A stretch of DNA of 64,000 bases, from positions 3,091 to 67,090 of the forward strand of contig PAWM01000008.1 in the NCBI GenBank assembly GCA_002714185.1. Direction: 5' to 3'. Below are positions 1 through 9,300 of the stretch, one piece after another. The notes under the pieces were generated by a model. The model worked only from the letters and a program-made list of their open reading frames with translations. It was not told the DNA's origin and did not search any database. Position 1 is the stretch's first letter. Each line of letters starts with the position of its first letter. Both the position numbers and the translations under genes were made by a program. This DNA is from Flavobacteriales bacterium (GTDB lineage: Bacteria > Bacteroidota > Bacteroidia > Flavobacteriales > TMED113).

Positions 1-1412
1 TTAGAATAAGGAGGTTCGGTATTAATTTTTGAAGCATGCTCTGTAGAATATATTTCATCTCCAAGATTACTAAATTTAATTAATTTTGATTCAAATTTTA
101 ATCGTGCTCTATGTGTAGGTCCGTTTCTATGTTTAGCGATTAAAAATTCTGCTTCACCCTCGGTTGGTCCTGTAGGAGTTAAATCCCATTCGGTAATACC
201 ATAATATTCGGGTCTGTATATAAATGATACAATATCAGCATCTTGTTCAATCGCACCTGATTCTCTTAGGTCTGATAGTACTGGTCTTTTATCAGCACCA
301 CCTCTAGTTTCTACAGCTCGACTAAGCTGTGATAGTGCAATTACTGGTACACCTAGTTCTTTTGCTATTCCTTTAAGAGATCTAGAGATGTGTGATATTT
401 CTTGTTCTCTATTGCCTTTGTGGTCTTTTGTAGTCATTAACTGTAAGTAGTCTACTATAATTATTTTTACCCCATGTTCACTTTGTAACCTTCTACATTT
501 TGCTCTTAAGTCAAATACAGATAATGCAGGAGTATCATCAATATATATATCTGCCTTTTCAATATTTTTTATTTTATTATGTAGTATTTCCCATTCCCAT
601 TTATCTAAATCACCAGTTCTTAATTTTTGTTGATTGAGACCAGTTTCAGCAGTTATTAATCTTGTGATTAATTGAAGAGATGACATTTCAAGAGAAAAGA
701 TAGCTACAGGAATTTCATAGTCTACAGCAATATTTCTTGCCATTGAAAGTACAAATGCTGTTTTTCCCATTCCTGGTCTAGCTGCTAGTATAATTAATTC
801 AGAATTTTGCCAACCACTAGTTACATTATCTATTTCTTCAAATCCAGAGGGTATCCCACTTAGTCCTTCTTTTAGATTTCCAATTCTTTCGATTTCTTTA
901 ATTGCACTTTGAATTAATTTGCTTGCTGTTAAATATTTTTTTTTGATATTACCTTCACTAATAGAAAATATTTGACTTTCAACATTATCGAGTAATTCAA
1001 TTGCATCAGTTGATTCATCAAAAGCATCATTAATAATATTACTGCATGTAGATATTAATTCTCTTTGAATATGTTTTTGAACAATAATTCTTGCATGATA
1101 TTCAATATTAGCAGATGATATAACTTTTTGTGTTAATTCAGCTAAATAGTGATCTCCTCCACAAAATTTTAATTTTTTATTTTTTTGTAATTTTTCAGAA
1201 ATCATTAATTGGTCAATAGGTTCACCATCTTGAAATAATTTTTCTATTACTTTAAAAATTTCTTTATGTGATTCTTTATAAAAAACATCTGACGATAAAA
1301 TATCTCCTACTTCCGCTATCGCATTTTGATCAATCATAATTGCTCCTAACACAGCTTCTTCGCAGTCAATTGCTTGTGGTGGTATTTTTCTATTTTTAAT
1401 CATTGCAACCAT
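1..1412 (-). CDS. dnaB: Replicative DNA helicase DnaB; the last few C-terminal codons run off the left edge
   Basis: Absent from the ORF track because no in-frame stop lies inside the window. Hand translation of the minus strand from ATG at 1412 gives MVAMIKNRKIPPQAIDCEEAVLGAIMIDQNA. Further on it reads GVKIIIVDYLQLMTTKDHKGNREQEISHISRSLKGIAKELGVPVIALSQLSRAVETRGGADKRPVLSDLRESGAIEQDADIV, the classic DnaB RecA-like core. The frame stays open to position 1. Confidence 0.9.
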   Translation of the reverse strand, partial: MVAMIKNRKIPPQAIDCEEAVLGAIMIDQNAIAEVGDILSSDVFYKESHKEIFKVIEKLFQDGEPIDQLMISEKLQKNKKLKFCGGDHYLAELTQKVISSANIEYHARIIVQKHIQRELISTCSNIINDAFDESTDAIELLDNVESQIFSISEGNIKKKYLTASKLIQSAIKEIERIGNLKEGLSGIPSGFEEIDNVTSGWQNSELIILAARPGMGKTAFVLSMARNIAVDYEIPVAIFSLEMSSLQLITRLITAETGLNQQKLRTGDLDKWEWEILHNKIKNIEKADIYIDDTPALSVFDLRAKCRRLQSEHGVKIIIVDYLQLMTTKDHKGNREQEISHISRSLKGIAKELGVPVIALSQLSRAVETRGGADKRPVLSDLRESGAIEQDADIVSFIYRPEYYGITEWDLTPTGPTEGEAEFLIAKHRNGPTHRARLKFESKLIKFSNLGDEIYSTEHASKINTEPPYS

Positions 1413-1477
1413 TAAATAAAAATTTAATTGAAAAAAAACTAGGCTTTTTTTTAATTCTTCTAGTAAAGAAGGAAAAA

Positions 1478-1485
1478 CAAATATA
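1478..1485 (-). promoter_or_regulatory. Bacteroidota-type -7 promoter box (TATATTTG) upstream of dnaB
   Basis: The minus strand reads TATATTTG, matching the TAnnTTTG consensus, 66 nt upstream of the dnaB ATG in the accA-dnaB gap. Confidence 0.3.
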
Positions 1486-1500
1486 AATTATAATATATTA

Positions 1501-2454
1501 TTAATTACTATATATTCCCATTTTTGAGAATTTATTTATTCTTTCTTTTATTCTTTTTTCCGGAGATATACTTTGTAATTGGTTAATATGAGTAAAGATT
1601 GCTGAAGTTACATTTTTATATATTTTTTTAGTATTATTATGGGCACCACCTAAGGGTTCTTTAATAATTTCGTCAATTAATTTATTTTTCAGCATATCTT
1701 TTGGAGTTAATTTTAATGCGGATGCAGCACTTTCTTTATTATCCCAATTCCTCCACAAAATTGATGAGCAACTTTCAGGAGAAATAACTGAGTACCAAGT
1801 GTTTTCCAGCATTAATACTTTATCTCCAACACCAATTCCTAAGGCTCCTCCGGATGCACCTTCCCCAATGATAAAACATAGTATAGGTACTTTAAGTTGC
1901 ATCATTTCATAAATATTTCTTGCAATTGCTTCTCCTTGTCCTCTTGCTTCTGCTTCCAAGCCTGGATATGCTCCTGGTGTGTCAATAAATGTTATAATAG
2001 GTTTATTAAACTTTTCAGCCATCTTCATCAATCTTAATGCTTTTCTATATCCTTCAGGGTTTGCCATTCCAAAATTTCTGTACTGACGAGTTTTTGTGTT
2101 TTTTCCTTTTTGTTGTCCAATCATCATAAAGGTTTTTTGATCTATCGTTCCCCATCCTCCTACCATCGCTTTATCATCTTTAAAATTTCTATCTCCATGA
2201 AGTTCTATAAAATTCCCCTCTGTAAGGTTGTTTATGTAATCTAATGTATATGGTCGATTAGGGTGTCTTGATAATTGAACTATTTGCCAAGGTGTAAGAT
2301 TATTATAAATTTCTTTTTTTGTTATTTTAATTTTTATCTCAAGTTCTTTCTTTAGTTCATTGACATTTGAACTTGTATCTTTACCAATTTGCTTAGTTTT
2401 TTCTAATTGGTCAACTAAGTCTTTTATAGGTAATTCAAAATCTAAATATTCCAT
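1501..2454 (-). CDS. accA: Acetyl-CoA carboxylase carboxyltransferase subunit alpha
   Basis: 317-aa ORF. N-terminus [10 protein letters not shown]..., then [65 protein letters not shown] and [10 protein letters not shown], all typical AccA motifs. Confidence 0.93.
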   Translation of the reverse strand: MEYLDFELPIKDLVDQLEKTKQIGKDTSSNVNELKKELEIKIKITKKEIYNNLTPWQIVQLSRHPNRPYTLDYINNLTEGNFIELHGDRNFKDDKAMVGGWGTIDQKTFMMIGQQKGKNTKTRQYRNFGMANPEGYRKALRLMKMAEKFNKPIITFIDTPGAYPGLEAEARGQGEAIARNIYEMMQLKVPILCFIIGEGASGGALGIGVGDKVLMLENTWYSVISPESCSSILWRNWDNKESAASALKLTPKDMLKNKLIDEIIKEPLGGAHNNTKKIYKNVTSAIFTHINQLQSISPEKRIKERINKFSKMGIYSN

Positions 2455-2475
2455 AATTATTTAATATATATGCTA

Positions 2476-2483
2476 CAAATATA
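2476..2483 (-). promoter_or_regulatory. -7 promoter box (TATATTTG) upstream of accA
   Basis: TAnnTTTG match on the minus strand, 22 nt upstream of the accA ATG (2454). Confidence 0.35.
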
Positions 2484-2541
2484 TATTTTACTTAAAAATA
2501 TTAATAAATTAATTCACTTATTAATTATTTCTTTATTGCTT

Positions 2542-3351
2542 ATGCTATCTTATTCAAATGCAAAAATAAATTTAGGGTTAAAGATTATTTCTAAAAGATT
2601 GGATGGTTTTCATAATTTAAGTTCTATATTTTTACCCATACCTTTATATGATTTGATTGAGATTCAGATTCCCCGTAATTCAATCAATAAAAATCAAATT
2701 ACATACTCAGGTTTAATTAAAGGTCATATTGAAAATGATTTAGTATTAAAAGCATATGATGTGTTAAGTAATGATTATGATTTACCTTATCTGAACATTC
2801 ATTTACATAAAAATATTCCTTTAGGGGCTGGTTTGGGTGGTGGGTCTTCTAATGCATCATTTATGCTAATGATGCTTAATAATCTTTTCAATTTAAAATT
2901 GAGTTTAAAAAAATTAAGTAATTATGCAGTTAAATTAGGTAGTGATTGTCCTTTTTTTATTTATAATAATTTGAGTTATGTTTCTGGTCTTGGTGATATT
3001 GTGAAACCAATTGATTATTCTTGTAATGGTTTTTATATTGTTATAATTAAACCAAAATATCATTGTTCCACATCGAAGGTTTTTGATTTGTTATCTATAG
3101 ATAAATTGAACAAAAAAGAACTAGAATTTAATGATGATATTTGTTGTTGGAAGAATGATTTAGTTAATGATTTAGAATCGGTTGTATTTGCTTTATACCC
3201 TGAATTAAAGCAAATAAAAAAATATTTATATTCAAAAGGTTCTTTTTATACAAGTATGAGTGGTTCTGGTTCTGCTGTCTATGGTTTGTTTGACCATAAG
3301 CCTGACATTGATAGTAAATTTAATTATTGGTGTTGGATATCTAAAATTTAG
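2542..3351 (+). CDS. ispE: 4-diphosphocytidyl-2-C-methyl-D-erythritol kinase (GHMP kinase)
   Basis: Motifs AKINLGLKIISKRLDGFHNL and PLGAGLGGGSSNAS (GHMP ATP loop). The track ORF starts at 2470, but its first 24 codons are a low-complexity extension. ATG 2542 (MLSYSNAKINLGL) fits the usual IspE N-terminus. Confidence 0.87.
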   Translation: MLSYSNAKINLGLKIISKRLDGFHNLSSIFLPIPLYDLIEIQIPRNSINKNQITYSGLIKGHIENDLVLKAYDVLSNDYDLPYLNIHLHKNIPLGAGLGGGSSNASFMLMMLNNLFNLKLSLKKLSNYAVKLGSDCPFFIYNNLSYVSGLGDIVKPIDYSCNGFYIVIIKPKYHCSTSKVFDLLSIDKLNKKELEFNDDICCWKNDLVNDLESVVFALYPELKQIKKYLYSKGSFYTSMSGSGSAVYGLFDHKPDIDSKFNYWCWISKI

Positions 3352-4424
3352 GTTAATCTTTTAAATGATATAACACATATTAATAAAAATAAAATATTTG
3401 GAGACCAAACAGTTAATATTGCAGGAATATTGCTATTAATAGTAAATGTAACAGCAAATTTCATTAAAAAAATATATAAAAAACATAGTCCTATTCCTGT
3501 GCTTAATTTATATCCTAATCCTCCACGATTTTTTTTATTTGAAATTAAAAAACCAAGCAATGTAAATATGAAGATAGAAAATGAGTATGAAAATCTTTCA
3601 TTTTGTTCAATTTGATAAATTGGTAAAAATTCATTTCCTTTTTCTTTTTCATTTGAAATAAAATTATTTAATTGGTAAAAATTCATTGATTTTATAGATC
3701 TATTTTGTTGAAATAGTTGATCTGGGTCTGTGCCTATATCTAAATATTTATACGATCCTGTGGTTGATGCTATTTGCTTATCAGAGTTGAATTTCTTTTC
3801 AACATAGTTATTTATTTTCCATTGTAACTTTGTGTCATCCCAAATGATTGTACTTGCTGATAATTTTTTTACTATTTGATTTTTATTAAATATTTGCATA
3901 TCAAATTTATAGCCTTTTTGATTTTTCACATCGTAGTTATTAATGAAAATATGTGTGTTTTTATTGATTTGTTTATGTAATTGCTTTTGTCTAAATACAT
4001 CTTTATTTCTTATGTATTTATTTTCAAATTTTAATCGAGATTCATTTTTTGATGGTAGAAAGGAATTTTGAAAATAAATATTAGGTATAAAGATAAATAT
4101 GGCACTAAATAAGTATGGTATTAGAATTCTAGATGGACTAATTTGATTATTATATAGAGCTATAATTTCATTTTTCTCACTCATTCTAGATGTAAAAAAT
4201 ATTACAGAAATAAATGTAATTAAACCACTAAAAACAACTCCGTAATGAATAATAAAATTTATATAATAATCTTTGATAATTAAATTGGTAGGTGCCTGGT
4301 GGTCAATAAAATTGTCTATTTTCTCAGAAAAATCAAATATTACAGCAATAGCAAGTATCATTGAAATTGCTAATGCATAAGTGTATAAGAATTGTTTTAT
4401 AATATAGTAGTCGAACTGTTTCAC
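3348..4424 (-). CDS. LptF/LptG-family (YjgP/YjgQ) LPS export permease
   Basis: 358 aa. N-terminus MKQFDYYIIKQFLYTYALAISMILAIAVIFDFSEKIDNF. Three N-terminal TM segments, a large periplasmic loop and C-terminal TM segments, as in the LptF/G architecture. Confidence 0.8.
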   Translation of the reverse strand: MKQFDYYIIKQFLYTYALAISMILAIAVIFDFSEKIDNFIDHQAPTNLIIKDYYINFIIHYGVVFSGLITFISVIFFTSRMSEKNEIIALYNNQISPSRILIPYLFSAIFIFIPNIYFQNSFLPSKNESRLKFENKYIRNKDVFRQKQLHKQINKNTHIFINNYDVKNQKGYKFDMQIFNKNQIVKKLSASTIIWDDTKLQWKINNYVEKKFNSDKQIASTTGSYKYLDIGTDPDQLFQQNRSIKSMNFYQLNNFISNEKEKGNEFLPIYQIEQNERFSYSFSIFIFTLLGFLISNKKNRGGLGYKLSTGIGLCFLYIFLMKFAVTFTINSNIPAILTVWSPNILFLLICVISFKRLT

Positions 4425-5564
4425 TTATAGTCGTACATCTAGTTGTTTCACAATTTTATTTTTCCATTTTATAAAATCGCCATCTTCAATTTTTTTTCTT
4501 GCTATTTCCATAAGGTTAATATAAAATCCTAAATTATGAATGCTGGCTATTTGTTTTCCTAGAATTTCTTTTGATATCATTAGATGTCTTAAGTAAGCTT
4601 TACTGTATTGTTTGTCTACATTGGTTGTTCCCCTCTCATCAAGGGGAGATAAATCTTTTTCCCACTTTTTGTTTTTTATATTTATAGTTCCATCTAAAGT
4701 ATACAGTAATCCATTTCTAGCATTTCTTGTTGGCATTACACAATCGAACATATCAATTCCTAGTGCAATATTCTCTAATAAATTAGATGGTGTACCAACA
4801 CCCATTAAATAACGAGGTTTTTCTTTTGGTAGTATATCTGTGACAATATCTGTCATTTCATACATTTCTTCATGAGGCTCACCAACTGATAGTCCTCCAA
4901 TAGCATTTGCTGGGAAATCAAAAGAAACAATTTCTTGTGCTGATATTTTTCTTAAATCTTTATAAGTTCCACCTTGAACTATTGGTAGTAGTGTTTGTTT
5001 ATAGTCATATTTTTTTTGAGTGTGTTCAAATCTATTTTTACATCTTTTAAGCCATCTATGTGTAAGTTGCATAGATTTTTTAACATAATTATAATTGCAT
5101 GGATAAGGAGGGCATTCATCAAAAGCCATCATAATATCTGCTCCAATATCTCTTTGTATATCAATAACATTTTCGGGTGTAAAAAAATGAGTACTTCCAT
5201 CTATGTGAGATCGAAACTTTACACCTTCTTCTGTTATTTTTCTTTGTTCTGCTAATGAATAAACCTGGTAACCTCCACTATCAGTTAGAATAGGTTTATT
5301 ATAATTTATGAAATTATGTATACCTTTTGCATGTTTAATTACTTCCAATTTAGGTCGTAAATATAGATGATAGGTGTTTCCTAAAATGATTTCAGATTTT
5401 ATATCATTAATAAGTTCAGATTGATGAACTCCTCTTACAGTACCAAGAGTGCCAACAGGCATAAAGATTGGAGTATTTATTGTACCCCTTTCTAATTTAA
5501 TTTTTCCTCTTCTTGCTTTAGAGTTTGCATCTTTAGCAATAATATTAAATTTCATGCTATTCAT
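4425..5564 (-). CDS. tgt: Queuine tRNA-ribosyltransferase
   Basis: 379 aa. Motifs ARRGKIKLERGTINTPIFMPVGT, LTDSGGYQV, GGLSVGE and CVMPTRNARNG. Confidence 0.95.
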   Translation of the reverse strand: MNSMKFNIIAKDANSKARRGKIKLERGTINTPIFMPVGTLGTVRGVHQSELINDIKSEIILGNTYHLYLRPKLEVIKHAKGIHNFINYNKPILTDSGGYQVYSLAEQRKITEEGVKFRSHIDGSTHFFTPENVIDIQRDIGADIMMAFDECPPYPCNYNYVKKSMQLTHRWLKRCKNRFEHTQKKYDYKQTLLPIVQGGTYKDLRKISAQEIVSFDFPANAIGGLSVGEPHEEMYEMTDIVTDILPKEKPRYLMGVGTPSNLLENIALGIDMFDCVMPTRNARNGLLYTLDGTINIKNKKWEKDLSPLDERGTTNVDKQYSKAYLRHLMISKEILGKQIASIHNLGFYINLMEIARKKIEDGDFIKWKNKIVKQLDVRL

Positions 5565-5614
5565 TTTTATAAATATAATAGAATTTGACTATTATTGATA
5601 ATAATATCAATATC

Positions 5615-6301
5615 ATGCAAAAAGACTTAATTAACAAGTATTTTGATTTATCAGAATCTAAAATGGCAAAAATTAATCACTTAAAGGTTGTTTATGCTTT
5701 ATGGAATAGTAAAATAAACCTTATTTCTAGAAAAGATTTTGATTTTTTTTATGAAAGACATGTGTTACATTCACTTTCAATATGCAAGGTATTTTCCTTT
5801 AAATCTAATTCGAAAATCATGGATCTTGGTACAGGTGGAGGTTTTCCAGGTATTCCTCTAGCAATTATTTTTCCAGAAGTTAAATTTATTTTAGTTGATT
5901 CAATAACAAAAAAAACACAGGCTCTTAATTCGATTATTCAAGATTTAGAATTAGATAATGTGAAGATTTTAAATTGTAGAGCAGAAGATATAAATGATAA
6001 ATTTGATTTTATTATTTCTAGGGCAGTTGCTCCTTTAGATAAATTAATTATGTGGACCAATAATCAAATTTCTACTAATAATAGACATAGTTTTAAAAAT
6101 GGGTTAATTTGTTTAAAAGGGGGAGATTTAAAGTATGAATTAAAAAAAAATAAAAAAAATATTACTGTTTTTTCTATTAATGAATTTTTCACAGAAGATT
6201 TTTTTCTAGAAAAAAAAAATTATTTATTGGACTCAATAAAGTTAAGGAGGAATTTAGCCCTCCCTAACTATAATTTTATTGTATTATTAATGTTTCTCTA
6301 A
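5615..6301 (+). CDS. rsmG: 16S rRNA (guanine527-N7)-methyltransferase RsmG/GidB; both start and stop uncertain
   Basis: Motifs LWNSKINLISRKD and DLGTGGGFPGIPLAI (SAM motif). The track ORF begins at TTG 5585; ATG 5615 (MQKDLINKYF) is more typical. The annotated 3' end overlaps the convergent gene by 26 nt and may be shifted in an A10 run (see findings). Confidence 0.82.
   Translation: MQKDLINKYFDLSESKMAKINHLKVVYALWNSKINLISRKDFDFFYERHVLHSLSICKVFSFKSNSKIMDLGTGGGFPGIPLAIIFPEVKFILVDSITKKTQALNSIIQDLELDNVKILNCRAEDINDKFDFIISRAVAPLDKLIMWTNNQISTNNRHSFKNGLICLKGGDLKYELKKNKKNITVFSINEFFTEDFFLEKKNYLLDSIKLRRNLALPNYNFIVLLMFL
6241..6268. terminator. Hairpin between convergent rsmG and the giant T9SS gene (candidate bidirectional terminator)
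   Basis: GTTAAGGAGG (6241..6250) pairs with CCTCCCTAAC (6259..6268): 9 of 10 positions pair, with an 8-nt loop and a GGAGG/CCTCC core. This is unusually GC-rich for this sequence. T-rich flanks on both strands. Confidence 0.4.
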
Positions 6302-9300
6302 TAATAGCATTATTTGTCTCAAGTTGTAAAATATAATATCCTGAAGAAAAGTTGTTGATAATTATATGTTCGTTTTTAAAAGTGTTGACATCATAAATAA
6401 TCTTACCAGATAGGTTTAGTATTTTAATATTAAATTGATTGTGATTAATATTAGTGAATTGTATGGTGGTAAAATCATTAAAAGGATTTGGATATATATT
6501 CCACTTAAAATTATTTTCTTCATTTAAACTTACTCCATCACAAGCATCACCAATACCATCATTATTATAATCATCTTGATTTGGATTATAAATCAAAGGA
6601 CAATTGTCAAGTTCATTACAAATTTCATCATCATCATTATCATTTAGACAATTATTGTCGCAATCATAGTACTGTTCTGGGTATTCACATGCTCCAAATA
6701 ACTCTTCTGTTGCTTCTGGATTATAATTACATGCTTCTTCATCCATACATCCTGAAATTTCAAGAGCATCACATATTCCATCTTCGTCTATATCATAACA
6801 GTCGCCGCTACAGTCATATAAGTCATTAGGATATTCAGTGCAGTCATCATTATAACAGTAGTAGCAACTTCCATCAAATGCTGTTGCTTCTGGGTTGTAA
6901 TTGCATGCTCCAATTATAGTGCATCCAAACAAAACGCAACTACCATCATCAAGAATTGCGTCAGGGTTATAGTTGGATGCCTCGGAATCGGTGCAGCCAA
7001 TTTCACAGTTATTATCTGTATTATATGCAAAAGCTGCCATTCCTTCATTGCCATTAGGTAAGGTGAATGATTGGTCACCAATATTTAATGTATTCCCAAA
7101 CCATCCGCTTCCAAATAAAGATGTCATTGTAATAAAATAGCATCCATCATCAAAACAGTAATTGCCGCAATAACTACCTATTTCTTGTCCACTTGTATTA
7201 TATTCCAATACAATCTCACCTTCTATGTTTGTAATTTCCCATCCTAAACTAGAATCAGTTACATTAAAAGAGATTGCAGGGCAATCATTATCATAAGTAC
7301 ATGAACAATCATCAACAAATGCTGAATCATCATAATTTGTTGCTTCTGAGTCTGTACATCCAGTGATTACACAATCACAATTATAAGAAAAGTATTCCTC
7401 TACATATTCTACAGTGTATCCATAGTTTGAAACATAATCATAGCAAAGATAGTTTGAGATTGAATAGTCATATCCTAAATCTATATAAGATTCATATGTT
7501 AATAGGTATTCACAACTATATTCACATGAACCATCATCATAATTTGCCTCTTCATTGTAGTTGTCAGCTAAAGAATTAGTGCAGCCTTCAATAATACAAT
7601 TATCGTTATTAAACCCAAAAGGAGCTATAGCACTAGATCCTGTTGTAAATGTATAATCATATTCATCAATACTTAATATAGCATTATTCCAACCATCCCC
7701 GTATGAATCAAGCATATTTATTGTGTAACATCCATCTTCAAAACAAAAATTTTGACATTCTGGTGCATTTCCTGAGAGGACAGTAGTACCGTTTTCGTTA
7801 ACTATATTCCAGGAAACTTCAGTAGGATAACTTCCGCCTGTCATACTAATTGATGAACAATTAGTATCATAAATACATGAGCAATCATCTACAAATGCTT
7901 CATCATCATAATTTATTGCTTCAGGATCAGTACAGCCAAGTATAACACAGTCACAATTATATCCATAGCTAATGGCCTGTTCAATTGTGTATGTTCCATT
8001 TGTAACATAATAATTACAGTAGTAGTTAGATATAGAGTTGTCGTAATTAGTATCATAATATGATTGGATGTCTAGTAGATATGTGCAGTCTAAAATACAT
8101 GAGCCATCATTTGTATTAGCATTTGGGTCATAATTTTCAGCATAGCTTTGTGTGCATCCGTAGATTGGCTCCTCACATATTAATTCTGCAGACCATCCAT
8201 AACCAGATGCTGAATTGACACTACTATCAGTGGTCCATTCAACTACTAATTCTTCTCCACCAACTATTACTCCATCTAATTCACCATCATATTCTACTCC
8301 ATTTACATATACATGGTCACAGCAGGACTCAGTAGAGCCACTAAAGTTAATAGTTATAATTACTCCAGGGGGGGCATTGTATGTAGCATTGAAGAATTCA
8401 TTGTCACCATAATTATTAAAATCTAAAATTGTCCCACAATCTTCACATTCAGGATCACCATCATATACACAAGAGTTATTATCGATATTAGCAGATAGCA
8501 TAAAGTTACATGCTTGTTCATCAGTACAGCCTTCAATATTATTTCCACAATTTTCTATGATTAAAGTATCTGACCAATTTTGTGGACCTTCGCATACAAT
8601 GTATTCACAGTCACTGATAAATAATTCACAGCCTATACAGTAGTATTCTCCATTTTCAATACATCCTTCACAATTATCAATAGTCATAGTTTCTGACCAA
8701 TTATCTTCATCGGTGCAGGTTATATATTGGCAATCATTCAAAAATAATTCAGATCCAATATCGTAAAAATCACCATCTTGAGTACATCCAGAACATTGAT
8801 CACCAAACATCATTGATTGATTAGTTCCTGACATAATTGGAGTGGTAGAGAGTGTGCTATATAAATTCCAGTTGAAATTTGCAGAACCATTTATATTTAT
8901 TGCAAAACAGTCGTTTTGTAGGTCAGTTAAAAAACAAAGAGAATATGTGCCTGTGTCCATATCTAAAATAGTTTCGTACAGTATTCCATTTAATTCGCCC
9001 ATAACACTGAAAGAAGTTTCATTTACACCTGCCCCTGTCCATTCTAGAGTTAATAATGTTTCATTATTTTCACATTCTATTGGTTCACCGCAATTGATAA
9101 TGGAAATAATGTTAGACCAAGCTTGGTTCTCATCACACTCAATATATTCACATTCGCTAATAAATAATTGTGATCCAATTGTGTATAATTCTCCGTTTTC
9201 CCAACATCCCTCTTGTATTGTTTCGCATTCACCATTCGTATATTCAAATATATTGTTACAAGCTGCTTCACCGGAGTTGCTATATGTTATTCCATTACAG

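Noticed and set aside
1425-1460. A8/T8 inverted repeat (GAAAAAAAACTAGGCTTTTTTTT) between accA and dnaB as a terminator
   Set aside because: The stem would be almost entirely A-U pairs. Such pairings arise by chance in this composition, so it is not a convincing intrinsic terminator.
2470-2541. N-terminal extensions of track ORFs: ispE from 2470, rdgB from 26850, the DUF2147 gene from 22132, comB from 58433, rsmG from 5585 and the cysteine desulfurase gene from 49429
   Set aside because: The extensions overlap neighbouring genes or encode non-conserved hydrophobic or low-complexity residues. Internal ATGs give N-termini that match the family consensus.
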